Below, piece after piece: positions 56,972 to 64,000 of a stretch of DNA of 64,000 nt. A model generated the notes under the pieces. It had not been told where the DNA came from. It worked only from the letters and a program-made list of their open reading frames with translations, and searched no databases. The translations under genes and the position numbers were made by a program. This stretch comes from Ignavibacteria bacterium (GTDB taxonomy: Bacteria > Bacteroidota > Ignavibacteria > Tepidaquicellales > OLB5). The stretch covers positions 68,577-132,576 of the forward strand of contig JADZAP010000027.1 in assembly GCA_020852705.1 (NCBI GenBank). The letters are read 5' to 3'. Each line of letters begins with the position of its first letter. Position 1 is the stretch's first letter.

Positions 56972-58639
56972 ATGTCAACAGATAAACGAAAAACGGATTT
57001 GTTGAAACTGAATAAAATGAGAGAAACTGCCAAACTTGGCGGCGGTGAAAAAAAGATTAAAACACAGCATGAAAAGGGGAAATACCTTGCAAGAGAAAGA
57101 ATTTTTATGCTGCTTGACCCGGGAACATTTGAAGAAACTGATGCATTTGTTACTCACCGTACGACAGATTTCGGAATGAGTGAACAGGTATTTCTTGGTG
57201 ATGGCGTAATTACCGGTTCAGGCAAAATTGATGGACGACTTGTGTTTGTTTTTAGTCAAGATTTTACCATATTTGGCGGCTCATTAAGCGGTGCTAATGC
57301 AGAAAAGATATGCAAAATAATGGATATGGCTGAAAAGATGGGAGCTCCTGTTATTGGAATAAATGATTCAGGCGGAGCAAGAATTCAGGAAGGAGTAGTT
57401 TCCCTTGGAGGATATGCCGATATATTTTTAAGAAATGTTCTGTTATCAGGGGTGGTTCCTCAAATAAGTGCTATAATGGGCCCTTGTGCCGGAGGTGCTG
57501 TTTATTCGCCTGCAATTACTGATTTTATTTTCATGGTTAAAAATATTAGCCACATGTTTGTAACCGGACCTAATGTTGTAAAGACAGTTACACATGAGGA
57601 AGTTTCGTTTGAAGATCTTGGCGGTGCAAAAACTCACTCAACAAAATCAGGTGTAACACATTTTGCCTGTGATGATGAAAAGCAATGTTTGCAGTATATA
57701 CGCAAACTTATCACTTATTTACCGCAGAACTGGAAGGAAAAAACACCGGAGAAAAAATGTATTGATGACCCAAAAAGAATAGTAACGGAACTTAATAATA
57801 TAATTCCCGAAGATAATACCAGACCTTATGATATGAAAAAGATTATAAATTTGGCAGTTGATCAGGAAGAAAAACCAACAACAGAGTTTGATGAAGAAAT
57901 AAATAAGAACAAAAAAGATGCAAATGAAAAAACAGTTAAAGTACAAGACGAATATTTTAAAAAGGAATATGTATCCAGCTTTTTTGAAACTCAGGAACTG
58001 TTTGCCCCGAATATAATAACAGGCTTTGCAAGATTGGATGGTATTTCAATTGGTGTAATTGCAAATCAGCCCTCAAAAATGGCAGGCGTGCTTGATATTG
58101 ATGCATCTGTAAAAGGTGCCAGATTTGTAAGGTTTTGCGATGCATTTAATATACCGATATTGGTATTTGTGGATGTGCCGGGATTTATGCCGGGTACTTT
58201 TCAGGAATGGCGCGGTATCATAAAGCAGGGAGCAAAACTGCTTTATGCATTTGCTGAAGCAACAGTCCCAAAGATGACCGTAATTACCAGAAAGGCATAC
58301 GGCGGAGCTTATGATGTGATGAATTCTAAGCATATACGAGCTGATTATAATATTGCATGGCCCGGAGCCGAAATTGCAGTGATGGGTTCTGCGGGTGCTG
58401 CTGAAATTATTTTTAAGAAGGAAATTAATTCAGCAAAGGATCCTAAGAAAGCATTTGACCAAAAAGCTGAGGAATATAAAGAGAAGTTTGCAAATCCATA
58501 TGAGGCAGCGAAGTTTGGATATATAGATGATATAATTGAACCTTCAGAAACACGAATTAAACTTGTAAAAGCATTAAGAATGCTCCAAACAAAGATGCAG
58601 TCAAATCCAAAGAAACGGCACGGAAATATTCCATTATAA
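56972..58639 (+). CDS. acyl-CoA carboxylase carboxyltransferase (beta) subunit (propionyl-CoA carboxylase / methylmalonyl-CoA type)
   Basis: 555 aa with [53 protein letters not shown] and [10 protein letters not shown] charged insertion of about 38 aa sits between the two halves. Confidence 0.9.
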   Translation: MSTDKRKTDLLKLNKMRETAKLGGGEKKIKTQHEKGKYLARERIFMLLDPGTFEETDAFVTHRTTDFGMSEQVFLGDGVITGSGKIDGRLVFVFSQDFTIFGGSLSGANAEKICKIMDMAEKMGAPVIGINDSGGARIQEGVVSLGGYADIFLRNVLLSGVVPQISAIMGPCAGGAVYSPAITDFIFMVKNISHMFVTGPNVVKTVTHEEVSFEDLGGAKTHSTKSGVTHFACDDEKQCLQYIRKLITYLPQNWKEKTPEKKCIDDPKRIVTELNNIIPEDNTRPYDMKKIINLAVDQEEKPTTEFDEEINKNKKDANEKTVKVQDEYFKKEYVSSFFETQELFAPNIITGFARLDGISIGVIANQPSKMAGVLDIDASVKGARFVRFCDAFNIPILVFVDVPGFMPGTFQEWRGIIKQGAKLLYAFAEATVPKMTVITRKAYGGAYDVMNSKHIRADYNIAWPGAEIAVMGSAGAAEIIFKKEINSAKDPKKAFDQKAEEYKEKFANPYEAAKFGYIDDIIEPSETRIKLVKALRMLQTKMQSNPKKRHGNIPL

Positions 58640-58657
58640 CTGTTAGCGTAAAACCAG

Positions 58658-58700
58658 AAAAATCCTCCAAAAATAGTAATATTTTGGAGGATTTTTGTTT
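58658..58700 (+). terminator. rho-independent terminator
   Basis: The stem aaaaatcctccaaaa/ttttggaggattttt (core tcctcc/ggagga) is followed by tttttgttttt. It lies about 20 nt after the stop. Confidence 0.8.
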
Positions 58701-58761
58701 TTGATTATATGATTTTCTTTAAACTTTACCAAAACAAATTTTCATAATTATATTTTTAATA

Positions 58762-58790
58762 TTGGCAAGCAAGAATTAATATATTATATT
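58762..58790 (+). promoter_or_regulatory. candidate sigma70-like promoter TTGGCA-N17-TATATT
   Basis: The hexamers lie at 58762-58767 and 58785-58790 with a 17-nt spacer. This would give a leader of about 220 nt before the gene at 59017. The call rests on consensus resemblance in AT-rich DNA only. Confidence 0.3.
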
Positions 58791-59016
58791 ATTTTCACAC
58801 GTATAGAGGTTAATCTCGTCTCTTTTGAGAGGGGTTACTCTTTTTTGTTCAAAGTGAATTTTCAATCAGGAATCGACACAATATTGAATAATATACCTAA
58901 AACTGATGTTTAAATTTATTTAATGCAGATAATCATTCGAAAATATGCAAAATATTTAATGAACATAATTAATGATAGTATAGTATATTTGTAATTAATA
59001 ACAATACATTTCAAAA

Positions 59017-60231
59017 ATGAAAAAACTCATTGTTACCATCTTACTTCTTCCTATTTCAATCCTTTCACAATGGACTCAGATTTCTACAATAAATAGTCCT
59101 GAATTAAAAGCTGTTAAATTTTTTAATGAACATACTGGAATTGTTGCTGGGCAAGGTGGTATATGGAGATCTACGAATAGTGGTGTGAATTGGACTCAAG
59201 TATTAAGTGGGCATACTTTATATTCAGTGTCATTTCCAGATATATCTATCGGATATGCTGTTGGGGATAGTGGAATTATTTTTAAAACAACCAATGCGGG
59301 ATTGAATTGGAATCAGATCGGAATAGGAGTGACGTCCAAAAGGCTTAACACGGTATCTTTTCCCTCAGTTAATACAGGCTGGATAATGGGAGAGTCAGGT
59401 AAAATTCTATATACATTTAACGGAGGCACATCTTTTACGAATCAATCAAATGGCGATACCACATATGAGGTAAATTATTTGCATATGGCAAATGGAACAA
59501 CTGGTTATTACTGTGGGAGTAGCAGTGCAAATGCTGAAACTTTTGGCGTAACGGGTAACGGAGGAATAAATTGGTTATATACTTTTTTCATGGCGGGAAA
59601 TATCCTAAATGCTACAAGTAACATACCTGGGTTAGGTGGATATGCTTTGGCTGTTGGCACAAACGGCAGAATTAGAAGAACAACAACTAATGGCACAACG
59701 TGGACAGTAATAACAAGCCCTGTGAGTGTTCAGCTTAATCATATAGTTTTTTTAGATGCTAATACAGGATATATAGCAGGAAATTCAGGCAATATTTTAA
59801 AGACAACCAACAGCGGATTAAATTGGGTTATTGACGCAACAGTTACAGCAAATAATTTGAAATGTATAAGCTTTATAAATGCTAATACTGCATGGGCAGT
59901 CGGTAGCAATGGGGTAGTAATAAGAATGGGAATTCCCGTGGGTATTAATAGTAACAGTAATATTCAGACATATACATTGGAGCAAAATTTCCCGAATCCA
60001 TTTAATCCACAAACAAAAATTGTTGTAGAAATTCCTGCCAGAGGCTTAATTAAACTTGTAGTTTATGACGTTATAGGCAATGAAATTATTACAATTGTTA
60101 ATAATGAAGTAAATGCAGGTATATATGAATATAATTTTGATGGCGGAAAATACTCTAGCGGTGTGTATGCGTATCGTTTATTTATAAATAATCAATTTAT
60201 TGATAGTAAAAAAATGACTCTAATAAAATAA
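59017..60231 (+). CDS. Ycf48/BNR-like beta-propeller protein with T9SS C-terminal sorting domain
   Basis: 404 aa with a signal peptide. About 7 repeats match the pattern G..G.I..(S/T)TN.G..W. The C-terminus reads LEQNFPNPFNPQTKIVVEIP...GVYAYRLFI... Confidence 0.7.
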   Translation: MKKLIVTILLLPISILSQWTQISTINSPELKAVKFFNEHTGIVAGQGGIWRSTNSGVNWTQVLSGHTLYSVSFPDISIGYAVGDSGIIFKTTNAGLNWNQIGIGVTSKRLNTVSFPSVNTGWIMGESGKILYTFNGGTSFTNQSNGDTTYEVNYLHMANGTTGYYCGSSSANAETFGVTGNGGINWLYTFFMAGNILNATSNIPGLGGYALAVGTNGRIRRTTTNGTTWTVITSPVSVQLNHIVFLDANTGYIAGNSGNILKTTNSGLNWVIDATVTANNLKCISFINANTAWAVGSNGVVIRMGIPVGINSNSNIQTYTLEQNFPNPFNPQTKIVVEIPARGLIKLVVYDVIGNEIITIVNNEVNAGIYEYNFDGGKYSSGVYAYRLFINNQFIDSKKMTLIK

Positions 60232-60242
60232 AAATAATAAAC

Positions 60243-62228
60243 ATGAGAAAAATTTATTTCCACATTCTTTTTTTATTAGCAATGGGGCTTAGCATTATTA
60301 GTTGCAATAAGCCAGGAGAAACTCCTCAGTCAGGCGGGGAAAGTGGTTCTTCAAATAGGCGTATCGAAATAATTGATATCATTCCAAAAACACTACCTTC
60401 AGTAACAAGAGATTCCTTTGATGTAACTTTAAAGGGTCATAACATTTATCAAGGGGTATATGTTCATGTGGAAGTAAAATCACATGGTGGCAGTAGTTGC
60501 ACTGGCTTTTCAGACAGCATATTTATAACAAGGGAGCAGTCATCAAATACAATAAAAATCAGAACGGATAGTATAACATCGGGTTGTGTTTCACAAAATT
60601 CGGTTTTTCGTATCATCGCATGGTTTACAGATACATTGAATATCCCGAGGAGAGATTCTGTTTATTATCAATGGGGAAATGCACCGACTACGGGAAATAC
60701 CTTAACGGCAGATATAGAACCGTGGCGAATGTATTATGTAAGTGATACTTTAGCTGATACGCTGAACAAATGTATTGAGAGGTCTCTTAACCCAAGCGAT
60801 TCAAATTTTATTAAATGTACCGCTACATTCGATGCAATAAATCATCAATCCCCAGATACAAATTTCATGGTTGGTTCTAATAATACAGAAGGTTTAACCA
60901 TAATGTGTAATTGGTGGTCACAAAACCATTCTATAGATCCGTTTAAGAATAAGGTTATATACGCAAAATTGAATGATGTAAATATTGGTTTAGTAGGATG
61001 GGCTCAAACTTCGAATTATCCTCCTAATGGAACTGGGAATTGGAGTTATATTTTTTATAAAAACATAGTAGATCTCTGTCCGCCTAATGGCACAAGAAAT
61101 GATACGACAATAGGAAATATGACAGCTATACATGAAATTATGCATCAACTTGCAAATTCACATGGAGATAGAGCTCATATATATCATTATGGATATTTTG
61201 AAAAAAAATGTGTGTTAAGAGATGAAGAGGAACCCTTCGAACTGTCAAACCATAGATATATTAATAGGTTTAGGGTTTGTATTAATCATACGATGCAATT
61301 AAGAAGCTTCAGGCAAGTATTGCCATTAGATAATACATATGGAAATGTTATCTATACTCAATTTGTTGCTCCAGACCCATTTCTAAAAGCGGGCGGAAAT
61401 AGCAATGGAGATAAATATATTGTTTCAATTTCGATACCGAAGCAAGAATATAAAAAATATGAACCAGTTGTAGCAAAATTGAAATTAGTGAATAATGGTA
61501 CAAAACCTTTAGATATTTATAATGTTTTCAATGAACTTTCAAGTGAACCACATTTTACTATTAAGGATTCATTTGGACATGTTTATGACAGTCGAAATAG
61601 AACAGGACTTTTTCTGTCTTATTATACTACGGAATTACCCCCAAGAGATTCGCTAGTTTTTTCAATGACAATGAATAATTGGGGGAAAGCTACCTCATAT
61701 GAATACACGAATAGTTTAGATGAGGTCTATTTTTCTCAATTTGGGTATTTCCCTCCCGGAGATTATAAAGCATATTTCCATTGTAGTCCCTTAAGGAATG
61801 ATGAAGAAATATTTTCCAATGAAGTAGCTTTTAGCGTAACTGATTTAACACAAGAAGATACTGAGATTTTAAAACTGTATAAACAGAAAAATTATGACGA
61901 GGCACTAGCAAAGTTTCCGAACAATGCATTTTCTGAACATATGTTAAGATGGAAAATGTTATCACATTGGAATGAGATTAGTAGCAATACGGAAAGCGAT
62001 TACAATAATTTTATTCAAAAATATCCTAATTCCATGTATTTATATGATTGGGCATTTATGCTGCCTTATCTAAAAGCAGCTGAACAAAATCAGGATAACT
62101 TTGATAGAGGCATCGATTATTTATTAAGTATACAAAACGAGGAGAGTGCAGCGAAACAATCCTTACTAAGCACTCCGTTCACTACCATAATAAAAAATTA
62201 TGGTAAATTTATACAAAAAAATAAATAA
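60243..62228 (+). CDS. lipoprotein with metzincin-like zinc motif (HEIMHQLANSHGD) and C-terminal helical domain
   Basis: 661 aa with lipobox LSIISC. The motif H297-E-x-x-H301-x-x-A-x-x-H307-G-D lies at nt 61131-61169. The gene starts 11 nt after the preceding gene's stop. Confidence 0.6.
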   Translation: MRKIYFHILFLLAMGLSIISCNKPGETPQSGGESGSSNRRIEIIDIIPKTLPSVTRDSFDVTLKGHNIYQGVYVHVEVKSHGGSSCTGFSDSIFITREQSSNTIKIRTDSITSGCVSQNSVFRIIAWFTDTLNIPRRDSVYYQWGNAPTTGNTLTADIEPWRMYYVSDTLADTLNKCIERSLNPSDSNFIKCTATFDAINHQSPDTNFMVGSNNTEGLTIMCNWWSQNHSIDPFKNKVIYAKLNDVNIGLVGWAQTSNYPPNGTGNWSYIFYKNIVDLCPPNGTRNDTTIGNMTAIHEIMHQLANSHGDRAHIYHYGYFEKKCVLRDEEEPFELSNHRYINRFRVCINHTMQLRSFRQVLPLDNTYGNVIYTQFVAPDPFLKAGGNSNGDKYIVSISIPKQEYKKYEPVVAKLKLVNNGTKPLDIYNVFNELSSEPHFTIKDSFGHVYDSRNRTGLFLSYYTTELPPRDSLVFSMTMNNWGKATSYEYTNSLDEVYFSQFGYFPPGDYKAYFHCSPLRNDEEIFSNEVAFSVTDLTQEDTEILKLYKQKNYDEALAKFPNNAFSEHMLRWKMLSHWNEISSNTESDYNNFIQKYPNSMYLYDWAFMLPYLKAAEQNQDNFDRGIDYLLSIQNEESAAKQSLLSTPFTTIIKNYGKFIQKNK

Positions 62229-64000
62229 TGCAGAAAATGAAAAATATAATAAAGTTTATTCTTTTACTGGTAATCTGTAATACAATATACTCGCAGATAA
62301 ATATAAATGATATTCGTAATAGAATTGCCCTTAAGGGACCTGTACAGTTACCTGACAGTGTTCAGATAAATCTATTAATAGAACAATTATTACAAATATA
62401 TGGAAATACGCTCGACAGTTATTCTGATTTAAAAGCCGGAAATTATAATATAAAAATCAATAATGGCTACTCAATAGAAATAGCAAATGCAAATAAAGGC
62501 AAAATAGTAATTCATATCAATAAAACAGAATCTCGTTTAGGAGGCTATTCACTGACTTTAGATGAAAAATCTGTAAAGATGTTAGTGTCGCAAAATAATG
62601 TAATCCCATTTAATAAAGTAACTTCTATAGATAATATAATAGTAAGGAATAATATATTAATCGATAAGGAAATCTTACCCTATGAAGAATTACAGCCTGA
62701 TGAAAGAAGAATCCTGGATAAGGAATTTACCACTGATAACTTTGTTGACCAGTATAATAATGATTTAGAACTATATAAGATGTGTCAGGCGGGCTTAATG
62801 TTTCCCTATTCCGGGGGACATTCAAAATTTGTTACAGTTGACGACCAATATTCAAGCTTGATTTATTTTGATGAGGGACTTTCAGCTGACGATAATACTC
62901 CTTTAAATCGCTGTTATGGTTATTTCGGCGATGATGACGGCGAGTTTATGAATCCGGCGGGAATATGTGTGGGTAGAATGACAACAGTGAGTAATAAAGA
63001 CATTTATCCTCTGTATATTGCGGATAAAACAGGTTTAAGAATTACAAGTGTTAATTTTGTTGCAGATAATAATTTCGCAGCTTTAGGAAAAATAGATACA
63101 ACAACATTTAAACGAACCGCCATCATAACATATCCATATGATATAGCGTATTTCACTAATTACTTAGATAGTACCGATGATAAGTTATGGATTACACAAC
63201 AACATCCCACTCAAAACTTCTTGACCTGCATTAACTTAGAAGGTAGCGTTATGCAAAGTTTTAGCGGGTATAAAAGCTACGATAACGGACAAACTTACGC
63301 TTTTGAATCAAACACACTTTCGAGATTAGCTGTTTATAATGACGGCTTTGCCTGTCTCCTTTTTATTGACAATACAAGAAACTGTTTGGTTAGCTGTTTG
63401 CTCGGTTCTGACGGTTTGGCAGGTGTCGAGATAATCGATAGTAGAAACGATTATATAATTGCTCATGAAATTGTTCCTTTTCCAAGCAGCTATGCCATTA
63501 ATTCAGTTCAGTTTCAAAAAACAACATTAGGTTCAAATGTATGGCCAAGTTTATGGGTAACGTCACCATCATATATCCATCATTTGAAGATAAATAAAAG
63601 TGGGAATATCCAATATTTGGCATCTAGCAATTTACCAAACAATTCATTAGAATCTTTTACGTATTTACGAAATACGATTTGCTATAACGGTGTGTATGAC
63701 ATTTTTACAATTGAAAATTGGTCAATGTCCCGCGGCATTCGTAAATATTATCCGTTTTGCGATATTCATTCGGAATCTTTAGAAAATTATTGCAATGATT
63801 GCCTTGATATTATGAAATTTAAAGCAACTTTTACAAATGATTGTTGGCTTTATTTAACAGCGAAAAGAAAAAATCGTGACGGTAACTGGGAATCGGTCAA
63901 AATTAAAAAGCTAAATGGTTCAACTATAGATACTACATTTGTAATAAAGTGGCAATTTGCAGGTTGGAATCAAAGCTCAGCAGATTTATTTATTGATTTA
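62228..64000 (+). CDS. secreted protein, NHL-repeat-like, 3'-truncated by the window edge
   Basis: This gene is not in the ORF track. I translated 591 codons from ATG 62228 to 64000 by hand and found no stop. Its ATG overlaps the upstream TAA (TAATG). A second ATG lies at 62237. The signal peptide is MKNIIKFILLLVICNTIYSQ. An NHL-like segment is FMNPAGICVG..YPLYIADKTGLRI. Confidence 0.7.
   Translation, partial: MQKMKNIIKFILLLVICNTIYSQININDIRNRIALKGPVQLPDSVQINLLIEQLLQIYGNTLDSYSDLKAGNYNIKINNGYSIEIANANKGKIVIHINKTESRLGGYSLTLDEKSVKMLVSQNNVIPFNKVTSIDNIIVRNNILIDKEILPYEELQPDERRILDKEFTTDNFVDQYNNDLELYKMCQAGLMFPYSGGHSKFVTVDDQYSSLIYFDEGLSADDNTPLNRCYGYFGDDDGEFMNPAGICVGRMTTVSNKDIYPLYIADKTGLRITSVNFVADNNFAALGKIDTTTFKRTAIITYPYDIAYFTNYLDSTDDKLWITQQHPTQNFLTCINLEGSVMQSFSGYKSYDNGQTYAFESNTLSRLAVYNDGFACLLFIDNTRNCLVSCLLGSDGLAGVEIIDSRNDYIIAHEIVPFPSSYAINSVQFQKTTLGSNVWPSLWVTSPSYIHHLKINKSGNIQYLASSNLPNNSLESFTYLRNTICYNGVYDIFTIENWSMSRGIRKYYPFCDIHSESLENYCNDCLDIMKFKATFTNDCWLYLTAKRKNRDGNWESVKIKKLNGSTIDTTFVIKWQFAGWNQSSADLFIDL

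Noticed and set aside
1-64000. CRISPR arrays, rRNA/tRNA genes, transposases, integrases, prophage or toxin-antitoxin modules
   Set aside because: Reading both strands, I found no regularly spaced direct repeats, no RNA-gene-like GC-rich blocks and no ORFs with recombinase, transposase or phage signatures.

Overview
This is an AT-rich bacterial chromosomal window, roughly one-third G+C by eye (not computed). It is densely coding. I support about 56 protein-coding genes. One of them is a 591-codon open frame (62228 to the window end) that is missing from the ORF track because it has no stop inside the window. I saw no rRNA, tRNA, CRISPR array, transposase, integrase or phage genes. Most content is housekeeping: pcrA, sucD, folB-folK, dtd, prmC, pdxA, ftsE, bamD, metF, ddl, rarA, rlmN, arginase, an acyl-CoA carboxyltransferase and others. 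The window also carries a type IX secretion (T9SS) locus: PorU C25-type sortase, then PorV, then a 1054-aa protein. Three proteins end in T9SS-type C-terminal sorting domains. A perfect AGGAGG sits before porV. Together these suggest an FCB-superphylum organism, possibly Ignavibacteria-like (low-confidence inference). The best candidates for something new are: (1) the 1054-aa protein coupled to porU-porV, which has an M6 (InhA-like) protease scaffold whose HExxH is replaced by ATxxS, followed by FG-GAP repeats and a T9SS sorting domain, and could be a PorZ-like accessory; (2) a tight three-gene module of exported proteins at 59017-64000 (Ycf48-like propeller, metzincin-like lipoprotein, NHL-like protein); (3) a 1248-aa fused flavin/iron-sulfur oxidoreductase with an unassignable 310-aa N-terminal domain; (4) a class II aldolase interrupted by a single in-frame TGA exactly at the conserved Gly after the third zinc-ligand His; (5) SucD carrying a 60-residue Lys/Ser-rich tail; (6) a promoter, palindrome and terminator-like unit just upstream of porU; (7) a 107-bp intergenic element bounded by perfect 13-bp inverted repeats. 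All family assignments come from motif recognition by eye. No database search was run.
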